Below are positions 16,969 through 34,952 of a DNA stretch of 64,000 bases, piece after piece. The stretch lies in the NCBI RefSeq assembly GCF_009914755.1, contig NC_060928.1; one strand, 5' to 3'. The translations under genes were made by a program, and so were the position numbers. A model generated the notes under the pieces. The model did no database searches, was not told where the DNA came from, and saw only the letters and a program-made list of their open reading frames with translations. This DNA comes from the human T2T-CHM13v2.0 reference genome, Homo sapiens. How positions within the stretch are numbered: the stretch's first letter is position 1; every line of letters begins with the position of its first letter.

Positions 16969-17033
16969 TGAACATAAGGGATATTTTCTTGAACATAATA
17001 GGATATTTCCATGAACATAATAGGATATTTTCT
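16969..17033. repeat. Three-copy 21-22-bp minisatellite (TGAACATAATAGGATATTTYCW)
   Basis: Units at 16969-16989, 16990-17011 and 17012-17033. Confidence 0.85.
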
Positions 17034-17514
17034 TAGGCATTCTTTACCTGGAAGCAAAATGGTTGTTTAGCTGGAAAAAACCCTTACAGACTCCCTCTAG
17101 AGAAGACCAACATCAAATCAAAGTCAATACAAGCATTCTGGGTTGGCTAAATTATCCATGCAGGAAAATGCTCCTAAAATACCAGTTTCCCTCTGATCTG
17201 CTAACTGTCATGTCTTTCCGCTACTTTATGGCTCTTTTCCAAAGGATTTGCACCTGCCCCAGTCACTTCAAATCCTACTTCCTCCATGTGTTCCTTCTCC
17301 ACCCAGTCACCCTAATTTCTTAGCATTTATTTGAATGTTCTAAGTGCTCCAGAAGCTACACATACCAAGAACCCCATCCAGTATTGTCAAAGAAGAATAT
17401 ATGCCACATACGTAAATGTTCTAATAAACTACAATGACAATGTTTTAATTCCAAGTACTTTGAAGAAAATCTAACGTGTTAAACTCTAATTTTTTAGGAA
17501 AAAAATCTGAGACA

Positions 17515-17970
17515 ATAGCACATAGTTGAAAAAACATATGGCTTATTCTTCGAAGACTTAAACTGAAGTCTGAAATCTGCCACCTGGGTGACCTTGGTTA
17601 AGTAATTCAACTTCTCTGAAACTTCATTTTTCCTCTGTAAAATAGTGACAGTAATAATACAAGAAGCCACACATACCCTAGAGGGCAGTGGTTCTCAAAG
17701 TGTGGCCCCAGCCAGCAGCAGCAGAGTCGTGTGGGAAACTGTCAGGAAGACTGACTTGGGGCCCCACTTCAGACCTACTGAATCAAAAACTCAAGTTGGG
17801 AGGAGGTAGGGACAAGCAAGCAGCAATGTGTGTTTTAACAACTTCCAGGTGATTCTGATGGATGCTGCCATAGCGATTTTGCATTGATTTAATAAGACCA
17901 TATACTGTAAAGAATTGTAATTTCTAAAAAGCTATGCAAACATGAGCTAGTAGCATTTTGACTATTAATT
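17515..17970 (+). mobile_element. MIR, interrupted by MER5A
   Basis: 'gggtgaccttggttaagtaattcaacttctctgaaacttcatttttcctctgtaaaatag' core; tail resumes after 17870. Confidence 0.7.
17686..17867 (+). mobile_element. MER5A hAT-Charlie MITE
   Basis: 'cagtggttctcaaagtgtggcccc...gggccccacttcagacctactgaatca...ccaggtgattctgatg'. Confidence 0.88.
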
Positions 17971-20029
17971 ATTGTGCTATTTAATGTAGCACTGCTCAGA
18001 ATGAAATGGCCTCAGACCATTGTGCTGAAGAACCAGAGAGAATTCAGAAGAAATGATTCTGCTTTCAAGAGTTCTTCTGTCCCCTCCCTCTGCTGTCAGC
18101 TGTCATTTCTCACCGAGGTCAGTGAGTCCTGCTGCTATCATCTGCTGCGTTATACACACAGTAGTTCTGAGCAACCGCCTGAGGGCAATTCTGTCTTTCC
18201 TGTGGAATGAAGTCTCTAACCGTCTGCAGCTTCTAGCCTCCCTTACGACTTTTCCAACTCGTGTTCTGAATGTTTGAGGCCACCACCAGTCTGACCTCTG
18301 GGTAGGAGGAGATTTTATAGGATAATAACATATAGACACATCTTTTACATAGAAATATGTGTACATGTATAGCACCAAGCAGGGCCTGCTAACTTGTGCG
18401 TTCACAATAAGAATTTTCAGTTGAAAAAATGAATGTGTGTGTTCATATCTCACAAAAGTGTGAGTATACTTCATCACTACACAACATATGCATGTAAAAA
18501 AGTCTTCACTTATATCCCCCAAATCTATTATAAAAAAATTTAAAAATTCAAAAAGTGTGAGGATATGGACAATATATGGTTTCACTCTGACATTTCCAAT
18601 TCCTGTGGATTGTCATGAGACCAAAAAGTATGGTTTAATCAGACAAGTCTATAAACACTTCTGGGAAAACAACACAAAGGGCAAGAGCTGATGGGAAGCC
18701 ACTGGCGTCGTCTCCCCGGGGAAAGTGCAGCACTTTATACGTGTGCGGTAAAAGAGGAGAAAGCTCTCTGAAGCATTAAAAGCACTAAATAAATGAAGGT
18801 GCTGCTATTATTGATATGATTCCATCCCTACTGGGTACAGCAACTTTGCTTATGGAGTGTGGAGCCTGTTAGCTCCAGGCACAGGGCCTCTCCCACCCTG
18901 AGGTCAGGGTCCCTTTGAGACCCTGCTCACTGGCTCGACTCCCAGGGCTGTCCTGTGCTGTCCTCTGCAAAGGGTGGCACCTCCCCTCACAGCCTGTAAG
19001 GGCAACCCACCTCCCAAGAGAAATGCTTGCTACTTGCCTCTGACCTTGGCTTACCTTCTGCCCCACCATCTGCTCGATTTCCATAGCTTTCATTTGAAGC
19101 TTTAGGACTACATGACTGCCTCTTAGTCTATTGGCCACAGCCCCAAGCTTCACTCCCTGCATCTACAACAAAGAATCTTCATTCCTGTCCCTACCTTGGC
19201 CTCCCTGTGGTGACCCTCATGTCAGGTGAACAAGCACACCCAGCCCTGCACCCTCCATGGTGGCTGAGCACTCATCAGCCCACTTTCCTTAAATCAATAA
19301 ATTGCCCATCAGCCAGGCCCATGTCCCCTGAGTACAGCCAGACCGAGCCCCTAAGACAAGCCATCCCTGGCCTTCTACGTACTATTAACTCTGTTGTGTA
19401 GCGGTCAGCAGACAGTGGGTGCTCAATTAATGTTGCTGTCTGCATAACATGGTAAGAGTTTAGAATGCTGATTCTCAACTAAAATCGGAAATCTGCTTGG
19501 GGAAAGCAAGTCAACACTCTCCTGAAATAGTGATGCAATCAGCAGAAATTTTTACTACATCAATCAAAAGGGCTCACAGCAAGTAGTCAGTGAACCAAGT
19601 AAAGTGACCTTCGCACCCCCTCCCACTCCTGCCCCCCTCCATATTCTTGTTAGCTACTGTTGATTGATGGCTTCCAGGAAAAGATGATCCATCACTGTTC
19701 AGACTAGTGAAGCTTCTGCCGCTACGTTCAGGTTAGTCCAGCATTTTGTAAAAGTGAGACAAAATATAAAGTCTGAAAAATGCCAACTCATGGGAAAAAA
19801 GAAAAACCTCAAAATAGCATGGTATTGCCAGGAATCAATGAAACTAACATGGGTGGAAGATGGATAGATTTTTTTAAAAATATACGTAACAGTGTATGAT
19901 GCATTACAAACACATCACATCAAGAGGCCTGTGATAGGGTTTTCAATTCCATACTGGAAATTATTCACTACCAGAATAGTTACTGGGAAAATTCAGTGCC
20001 TAGGGCAAGTAACAGCTACCACTTAAATT

Positions 20030-20605
20030 GCGCTCTTATTCATATCAGGCACTGTGCTAGTTGCTTTACATGGGTTATCCTATCCAATTCTTATTTCCAT
20101 GAAAGGTATGATATGGTTTGGCTCTGTCTCCCCATCCAAATCTCATGTTGAATTGTAATTCCCAATATGGGAGGTAGGGCCTGGTGGGAGGTGATTTGAT
20201 CATGGGGGTGGTTTCTAATATTAGCAACATCCCTCTAGTGCTATCTCGTGATAGAGTTCTCTGTTGTTTGAAAGTGTATAGCACCTCCCCCTTCACTCTA
20301 TCTTCCTCCTGCTCCAGCATGTAAGGCATGCCTGCTTCCCCTTCACCTTCTGCCATAATTCTTAAGTTGCCTGAGGTCTCACCAGAAGCAGAAGCCTGTA
20401 CAGCCCGCAGAACCACGAGCCAATTAAACCTCTTTTCTTTCTAAATTACCCAGTCGTAGGTATGTCTTTATAGCAGCATGAGAACGAACTAATACAGCTA
20501 AAAATCTCTATTTTGCCAATGAGGACTTGCTGTTGGTCACAGAGCTGATAAATGACAGAGCCAAATTTAACCTAATGGCAGTCTGACTCCAAAGCCCATA
20601 CCCTC
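20030..20605 (-). mobile_element. MIR, split by MSTA
   Basis: 'caggcactgtgctagttgctttacat' before and 'ggtcacagagctgataaatgacagagcc...gtctgactccaaagccca' after the LTR. Confidence 0.7.
20109..20496 (+). mobile_element. MSTA-like MaLR solo LTR
   Basis: TG...CA termini 'tgatatggtttggctctgt' and 'gagaacgaactaataca'; 'gagccaattaaacctcttttcttt'. Confidence 0.92.
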
Positions 20606-21327
20606 ATGATTCTACGTGCAATTCTTCTCCCTATCTCCCAAATTTCCAGAAAGGCAGAATCAGGTTTAAATGATCCTAGCTACAAAACTGAGAGGATGAG
20701 TCTGAAAACATATGTACTGGAAGTTGTGTGTGGGATGGGAGGGAGACAGCCTTGCTCTTTACATGGTATGACAGTCAAAATATGTCTAGACTGTAGAACA
20801 CTCGGGAAAGACACAGAAATAGGCTTGAACAAATGAAAAGGCACATTGTGCTTCTTTTAGGAAAACTCAACATCATCAAAATGTCAGTTCTCCCTAAATG
20901 ACTTTATGAATTTAACATAATCCCAATGAAAAAGACAGCCATACCTCGTTTTATTACACTTCACCTTATTGCACTTCTCAGATGCTACATTTTTAACATA
21001 TTGAAGGTTCGTGGCATTTTTCCAACAGCATGTGCTCACTTCATGCCTCTGTGTCACATTTTAGTAATTCTCATAATATTTCAAAGAATTCTTTATTATT
21101 ATTATCTGTTATGGTGATCTGTGACCAGTGACCTTTGATGTGACTAATGTAATTGTTTTGGGGCGCCAGGAACCTAGCCCATATAAGACAATGAACTTAA
21201 TCAATAAATGTTGTGTATGTTCTGACTGCTTCACTGATGGGCCATTTCCCCATCTCTCTCCTTCCTCAGGCCTCCCATTGCCTTGAGACACAACAGTATT
21301 GAAATTAGTCCAATTAATAACACTACA

Positions 21328-26296
<4,969 letters not shown>

Positions 26297-27853
26297 CAAT
26301 GAAGTATTTTTCTCATTAAGAAATATACATTATTTATTCAGATATAATACAATTGCACACTTAATAGACTATACTGTAGTGTAAACATAACTTTTATATG
26401 CACTGAGAAGCCAAAAAATCATGTTACTTCCTTTATTGTGATATTCTCTTTATTGTAGTGGTCTGGAACTGAACTTGCAGTATCTCTGAAGTATGCCTGT
26501 ATATATCACTTTTTTCTCAGAGCTAGACAAGTTAACTATATATTTTATTTGAAATAACAAGCAATAATATCAATGGAAACAATAAAAAATAACAATGGGG
26601 AAGGGAGGCTAGCCCCACCAGATATTAAAACATATCATAAAGCCTTCAGTATAAGCATACAAATTGGTAGATAGATAAATAGAAAAATAAATTAAAATCC
26701 AAAAGTATATGACACTGAATATGGAAGTTTAGAATGTTTTAAAGGCAGCATCTCAAATCAGTAGGGAACAAATGGACTGTCTAATGGACATCTGGTTAGT
26801 TATGTATAAAAATATAAAACTAGAGTCATTTCTTACACTAAATGCCATAATTAATTCCAAATGAATCTAAATGTTAAATAAATGAATAAATAAACTACAT
26901 AAGAATTAGTAGAAAGTATGGGTTACTCTTTTATTGCCTGGAATTGGAGAAAACTTCTTTGACTTAAAAGCCAGACGTGATAAAGGAAAAGGGATACATT
27001 GGATCACACATAACAAAGAAACTTTTGCATTGAAAAATAACATAACATAAGCAAAATCAAAAGACAAACATAAATTTTTGTGGAGGTTTCTGGGGAAAGA
27101 TTTGCAACATAAATCACTTGTAAAGTCTTAATATCTCTAATAGGGAACTGTTAGAAAAGAATATGAAGATTCCTATAGAAAAATGGGCAAATGATACAGT
27201 TCACAGAAAAAGAAAAGTAAATGTCTCCTAAACATATGGACAAAATTCCAAATATTTAACAACATGCTCTGTGGTGAGGCTATGGAAAGCCAGACACCCT
27301 TATATCTTGCTGTTGGAAATGTAAAGTAGTACAATCCCTAAGGAGGGGAATTTGGACAATATCTAGAAAAATTACATATACTTTTACACATTGACTCAGC
27401 AATCCCACTTATAAGAATCCTACCAAAGATACATTAGCAAAGAAGTAAAATGATGTAAGTAAGCATAAGGACATTTATTGCAGCAGTTTTATAATGGCAA
27501 AAGACTGGAAACAACTCAATGCCCATCAATAGGCTACTGCTTTAATAAACTATGGTACATGCACAAAATGGTATGATGCTGCCGTAAAAAGAAGTGAGAT
27601 AGCTCTCAGTACTGTTATACAGAATTACTCTCAGCTGGGGATCATTTTGCCATAGAGTTTTCTCCAAAATATATTGTTAAGTGAAAAAAAGCAAGGGCAG
27701 GACGGTGTGTATGCACATGCACAAGGCTTGTGCCTTTTATCTGAGAAAGAAAAAAAATACAAATACTTACATTTTTACATATGCCCACTTATATGAATAT
27801 ATTTTGATTAAATGGAAGGATACTCAAATATAACAAGATGATCACCTGTAGAG

Positions 27854-28077
27854 CAGTGTTTCTAAATCTCTTTTTTATCATCTTCCTGAAGGAAACATTG
27901 AAGTGTTTAAATTCTCTCTAATGACAGAAATTAAACACTAAGAAACAAGATTTCGTTAGGTAATTTTGAGATTTGGAGGGCCACAAACCATTATGACTAC
28001 TAACATTTTTTCACACAACACCCAAACAAATTTTTACCCCCTTGGGAAGAATATCACCTCCATTGAGGGTGCATACT
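27854..28077. mobile_element. MER112-like hAT-Charlie element
   Basis: 'tttggagggccacaaaccatt' and terminal 'cccccttgggaagaatatcacctccattgagggtgcat'. Confidence 0.75.
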
Positions 28078-28130
28078 CTAAGAAAAGGGAGGGAATAGAG
28101 TGGAGGGAGCAGAGATGGAAGCGAGACTTC

Positions 28131-28431
28131 TGCTACGGTCTGAACGTGTCCCTCCAAATCAGAGAAGCTGTCTTAGTTTATTTATGCTGCTATAACAAAA
28201 TACCTGAGACTGGGTAATTGATAAATAATAGAAATTTATTTCTTACAGTTTGGGAGGCAGGGAAGTTCACGATCAAGGTGCCAGCAGGTTCAGTGTCTGG
28301 TGAGGGCTCCTCTTCGCTTCAAAGATGGCACCCTGTTGCTACATCCTCCTGAGGACATCAACGCTGTGTCTTTACATAGCCCCACCCTTAATATTATCAC
28401 ACTGGTAATTAAGTTTCAACATATGAATTTG
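28131..28431. mobile_element. MLT1A1-like MaLR LTR, internally deleted and partly inverted
   Basis: The first 29 bp are on + (tgctacggtctgaacgtgtccctccaaat); the remainder is on minus (tgtcttagtttatttatgctgctataacaaaa...tttcaacatatga). Confidence 0.85.
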
Positions 28432-29354
28432 AAACAATCTCTCTCTCCCCAAAGGCATATATCCTAAGAATAAAAATTACTGCAAGGAAATCCTAAACTA
28501 CATTCAATAATAATATTGTTAGTAATAATAATATTATTATTTTGAAACTTATATAATAAAAAACAAGTAATTCTTAAGTTGTTAGAAATAAAATGTTTAG
28601 TGTAAGAGAAATGAAATGCAAATGGTATATCAAAGGAATTAAATAAAAATCTTTATAATACTAAATTTGATTAGAAACATCAATGAGAACTCATTTAATT
28701 TTTTCCCTTTAAAGAAAAACTTACTTCCAAACTCTATTCTCCAGAAAAACCTAGAAGCAATAATAACTCAAAATCAATGAGCACCCCTAGCACACAGATC
28801 ATGATCTCTATATAACACCTCCCAGTGAAACAAACCAAGACTTCTTAGGAAAATAGCTGACTTCAAGGCTACAAAAGAAAATTGTATGAGATGATCCTAT
28901 AACACCTTGTCATACCAGAAAATTTAAAACTGACTAAAGACCACCATCTTGTCAAAGAAACAGGAGCAAACTTTAAGGGGCTCCTATTTCCCACAGGGCA
29001 ATTTGAGCATTAGAAAAAATAATGATCACAGTGGATTAAAATGCATCAAATATATGTTTTAAAGCCATGAGTTCAGAGTTATACTAAAAGAAAGACTCAC
29101 TGGACACTAATTCATTTTTCAGAAAAATGGTAAATAATGAGAATGAACCAAATTTATTCTCCCACTCCTGTAGAAATTATTTTATGGTAATCAGATAGTT
29201 AAGAAGGAAAAGTTCTTCTATATAGAAAAATTCCAGAAAATAAGTGAAGAAAGAAGATAAAATTAGAAAATCTCTCCTGAAATCCCTAATACAACAACTG
29301 ATCTGGGCAATGATCATCAGCAGCTGTTAAATCCTTCGGCATAAGTGGGAAACT

Positions 29355-29677
<323 letters not shown>

Positions 29678-29799
29678 TCATGTTGCCAGCGCTTGGACCC
29701 ATAATCAAAAAGAGGTGCTTATAATGTGATGCAATAAGAAATATCAATGGTGAAATATTTTTGACAAAATATTAAATACAAATGGGATCAAATCCCATT

Positions 29800-30010
29800 C
29801 AGTTGCTCTCAACTGGGGCAATTTTGCCCCCAGGGCACGTTAGGCCATGTCTAAAGGCATTTTTCATTGTCACACTGGAGGCCAGTGCTACTGGCAACTA
29901 GTAGACAGAGGCCAGGTTTGCTGCTAAACAACCTAGAACATAGAGCAACCCCCAACAACAAATACTTATCCAGTACAAACTGATAAGAGTGCTGAGGTTG
30001 AAAAACCCTG
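29800..30010 (+). mobile_element. MER20 hAT-Charlie MITE
   Basis: 'ctcaactggggcaattttgcccccaggg...tgctactggcaactagtagacagaggccagg...gtgctgaggttgaaaaaccctg'. Confidence 0.88.
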
Positions 30011-30097
30011 CTCTGGATTTACCAATTTACAGGAAATATAAGGGCCCAAGGTACATATCAACCAAATGCAATCTTGTTTGAGTCCCGAATCAAACTA

Positions 30098-30428
30098 CAG
30101 GTGATCCCTGACTTACAATTTTTTGGTGTGCATTGAGTAGAAACCATACTTTGAGTACCCATACAACCACATCCTGTTTTCCACTTTCAGAACAGTACTC
30201 AATAAATTACATGAGATATTAAACACCACTATAAAATAGGCTTTGTGTTAAATGATTTTACCCAACTGCAGGCTAATGTAAGTGTTCTAAGCACATTTAA
30301 GCACATAGCTAGGCTAAGCTATGATGTTCAGTAGATTAGGTGTATTAAATGCGTTTTTGACTTACAACCTTTTCAACATATGATGGATTTACCAAGACAT
30401 AACCCTGCTGTAAGTCAAAGAGCATCTG
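30098..30428 (-). mobile_element. MER47A (Tigger-family MITE)
   Basis: TIR-like 'TA-caggtgatccctgacttac' and 'gtaagtcaaagagcatctg'; internal 'ctaggctaagctatgatgttc...aggtgtattaaatgc'. Confidence 0.85.
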
Positions 30429-30849
30429 CAATTCTAATTATGATTCAGAGAAATTTGAACACTGACAACATGGAGGAATTGTTCATTTTTAGGTGTATTG
30501 ATAGTATTATTCTTAGGCTAATAGGAACTCTTATCCCTTGTTAGAAACATACACTGAAGTACTTAGAGATGAAATGGCATTGTATCTAGGATTTACTTTT
30601 AAATAATGTATCTGGTGTAAAGAGCAGGGAGGAAAGTGACAGGGGGTTAGAGATAAAGCATTTTGGTCATATACTGATAGTCACTGAACTGAGTGATGGG
30701 TATAGCTTCTACTTTTGTGTGTGTTTGAAAACAAACAATTAAAATACAAGAAAAAAAATTTATAACATGTTTTTAACATTATGGATTTTTCATATGTGCA
30801 CAAAACTTAGATTTGTTTTGGAAACATTTCCTTGAGAACCGGGATGCTG

Positions 30850-31006
30850 CTGTTCTCAGAAGCAATTCATCTACAAAGCATAATCCTCAAGGTCCTAATT
30901 TTCTGCTGAAGCTGGTGAAGGCTTCTCCAATCTGTTCTCAGAAGCAATTCATCCACAAGGCATAATCCTCAAGGTCCTAATTTTCTGGTGAAGAAGCTTC
31001 TCCAAT
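30850..31006. repeat. Local tandem duplication (82 bp + 75 bp)
   Basis: Two adjacent copies of ctgttctcagaagcaattcatcYacaaRgcataatcctcaaggtcctaattttctg...gcttctccaat. Confidence 0.92.
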
Positions 31007-31064
31007 TTTTCCACCAAAGCACCCTTAAAGGCACATATTACGGTATCTATACTTTTTTACCCCT

Positions 31065-31310
31065 ACTTTATTAAAGTATAATTGGCAAATAAAAAATGCA
31101 TATGCTTATGGTATACAAAGTGATGTTTTGATATATGTGTACATTGTGAAATGATTAAATCAAGGTAATTAACCTATCCATTGCCTCACATATTTATCAT
31201 CCTTGTTGTGGGAAGAATATTTAGTATCTACTCTCGCTGCAAAATAGATTAGCAAAGCTTATTTATCATGCATAAGTACAACTTTTCACCCTTTGACCAA
31301 CTTATCCCCA
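31065..31310 (-). mobile_element. L1MA (L1MA8/9-like) 3' end, antisense
   Basis: 'tttattaaagtataattggcaaataaaaa...tgatgttttgatatatgtgtacattgtgaaatgattaaatcaag'. Confidence 0.75.
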
Positions 31311-32014
31311 CTTTATTTTAATATTCTTTAGTATAGATTGTATATGTCAGTTACAGTTACACTCTTGTTACAGGATATTGCCCTGATCATAAATCTACTC
31401 TCTAGGGATGATTAGCTAATTTTATTAGAAAGGTCATGCACTAGAAAAGACTAAAAGTTCTTTAGTCATTATTTTCTTCCATCAAAGCTGGAGCTTTTCT
31501 AATCAGCATAATGTTAGAAGTGGGTTTTTATTGGTGGAATTTGTGGCTGGTTAATTGATAAAAATTTGGCTTTCATTTGGGAAGTCAGAAATATGTTATG
31601 GATGTTCTCCATGCTTACACAAAGAGGTTGTAAGATTCTAGTGAACTCTGGAACCTACATCCTTAGGAATAGAGCCCTAGGCTAGATCCCTAAGAGATGT
31701 ATGCAGAGTAGTTTAGGATTGTTTTGTGCCTGCTTTCAGACATGCTACTCTACGTGAATAGCAGAATTTGGTCTGGGACTTGCTTTCCTTATAACCTGAT
31801 ACAAGGTTATGAGAGAGTAATTAACCCTCATTACCTCCAATCATTAACAACTCCCAAGATATACCAAAAAGAAGCTAATAGTTGTGCATACTAAACTGGC
31901 TTAGACTGGTTCTCAGCAACAGAAAAAAGGAAATGCACTATCCAGTATAGTTGAGTCCTGGCCCACCATAAGAGTAAAGTTATCTTGAAATTACATGCTT
32001 CATCTTTAAAATTC

Positions 32015-32460
32015 ATGGCACATTACTCCATTGGTGACTCCCAGTGAATCATGTCTTCAGTATTCAAGCCCTTCCCACATTGACCTTAGGCTGGGGCATG
32101 TGACTTCCTTTGCCCAATGGGGTATTAGCAAGTACCATGCAAACAGAAGTTTAGTAAGTACTTTCACAATGAGCTTTGTCTTCCTGGAACGCTCTCTTTT
32201 GGTGCCCTGAGCCACCACGTAAAAAGATTCAGCTACCCTAATGGAAAGACTATGTGGAGAGAGAAAGAAATGCCTGGCTAACCACCAGCTCTCGCAGCTC
32301 TTGCAGCTGAGGCACCAGACATGTTAGAAAGAAACCATCTCAAACACTCCATCTTAAATACTCTAGCTCCAGTGGTCACCAGGTAGAGCAGCAGAACTAC
32401 TCCCACTGATCCCAAGCTAAACTGGAGAACTTTAGGAAATAATAGCTTGAGTTTTGGGAA
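32015..32460 (+). mobile_element. MLT1G/H-like MaLR LTR
   Basis: 'ccttcccacattgacc...catgtgacttcctttgcccaatggg...ccctgagccaccacgtaa...cagctgaggcaccagacatg'. Confidence 0.7.
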
Positions 32461-32474
32461 ACTAAACCAACTTA

Positions 32475-32795
<321 letters not shown>

Positions 32796-33727
32796 TTAGG
32801 AAACATCACAGGTATAAGGAGGAATATAAGAATTTAGAGAGTGGATATGGATTAGGCCAAACCAGAAAAAGTTCCCCCACATGCTCTAAAGATGGTCTGT
32901 ACTACCTTCTGGACAACTGGATTCCTTCTGTCTTATTTTTATGTCCAGGCAACTTAGGTCTTGGAAGTAGGGCTCCAAGTGAGAGCATTTCGAAATGTGG
33001 TCAAGAAGAATGCAATATGCCAGTATTACGATGAATCAGCAAATAAAAGAAATAACCATCTTGGTAAGGAACTCTATGTATATTAAAGCATGCATACCCC
33101 CAAAGTCCAACTCTACCTGACAACTCAAGCATACTCCAATCACACGGATACAGAAACTACAGCTGCACCAGTAATTCTTTACCCACCTGCCCAAGAGTCT
33201 AAGTCCACCATTAGAAGGTCCACCTTGCTCAGGATCAATTAAGGTTTGACTTAGGGATTGGAGAGACTGAGCCTACATGTTGAAGATATCAGTACCAGTA
33301 CTGATATATGCTGGAGAAGATAAAGAGTCAACTATCCTGCAGCCTAAGTCCTAGCAGATATTTCAGGAGGAAAGCAACAACAGCAAAAACCATGTGCTAC
33401 AGTAAGATATTTTCATACTTAAAAAGCAAAATCCAATTAAGAACAAAATACTCTTCGTAATTCAGTTGGAGAGATTATGAATGGTTATTGACATTTCCAT
33501 CTGCCACAAGAAAGATTAGCCAAAATTTATAAATTAAGACAGGTATTTCTTCTTTGGGTTTTTGAGAGTAGAGTAGATTATTATACGGTATGGTCCAAAT
33601 CAGTTATTTTCCAGATAAACAGGATATCTGGAATATGCTGTCTATCTTTAGAGAATTAATAAATCTTTTACCCACCTGAGGAACAACTGGATGAAGCAAG
33701 TAGATTTGGCTGTAAAAGTATAGGAAT

Positions 33728-34100
<373 letters not shown>

Positions 34101-34467
34101 CTAGGGCTGATCATCAATGTCTGCAAAAACAGTAATTATGCAGTATGTCAGAATAGAATGTGGCCTCCCTAACCTCCAAGAACGATGAGTCAGGTAAACA
34201 GTCTGTTATAGGCATGCACACCCATAAAGCAAACTTAGCAAGTAAACTCTGCATTACTTTTAATCTGTATTTCTCCAGACTAGAGTCTTTTCTGTCTCAC
34301 TGAGGAAACTGAACAGATCTTTTTATTATAATTCTAGTAATCAGATTTTCTCTTAGGAAATTCTTGTTACCACTTACTTTCAAAGTATTATATATCTATT
34401 AAAGGATACGTTTCTCAGTAGCATCAGACACAAATGGTGGTGAAAGCCATTAAAATGTAATAAAACA

Positions 34468-34766
34468 GGCCGAGCACAGGGGCTCACACTTGTAAACTCA
34501 GAACTTTGGGAGGCTGAGGCAGGCAGATTGTGTGAGCCCAGGAATTCGAAACCAGCCTGGACAACATGGCAAAACCTCATCTCTACAAAAAATACAAAAA
34601 TTAGCCAGGCGTGGTGGCATGTGCCTGTGGCTCCAGCTACTTAGGAGGCTAAGGTGGGAGGATTACTTAAACCTGGGAGGTTGAGGCTGCAGTGAGACAT
34701 GATCATGCCACTGCATTGCAGCCTGGGTAACACAGTGAGACCCTGTCTCAAATAAATAAATGAATA
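34468..34766 (+). mobile_element. AluJ
   Basis: J-type 'gggaggttgaggctgcagtgag' and 'gtgagaccctgtctc'; 17-bp TSD TAAAATGTAATRAAACA at 34451-34467 and 34767-34783. Confidence 0.93.
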
Positions 34767-34920
34767 TAAAATGTAATGAAACAAAAGAATAATATCATTC
34801 TTCATACTGCTAAAATTGTACACCAATAAATATACATCTCACTAACAGCATATGTACAAGAAAATGCACAGTAATAGAAACATGGGTAACTGACCAAGTA
34901 ATATTTTATTAAAGTAAATA

Positions 34921-34952
34921 TTAGGCTGGTGCAAAAGTAATTGCAGTTTTTG
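34921..34952 (+). mobile_element. MADE1/Hsmar1 solo terminal inverted repeat
   Basis: TA + ttaggctggtgcaaaagtaattgcagtttttg versus Hsmar1 TIR ttaggttggtgcaaaagtaattgcggttttt. Confidence 0.85.

Noticed and set aside
18722-18736. AAAGTGC/GCACTTT as a miR-17-family hairpin gene
   Set aside because: Only 7-bp arms with a 1-nt loop; no pre-miRNA-length stem.
33667-33720. Possible 34-nt minus-strand exon (cttttacag|ccaaatc...cctcag|gtgggt)
   Set aside because: Splice-like ends, but no frame gives a recognisable peptide, the length is frame-shifting and such motifs are common by chance.
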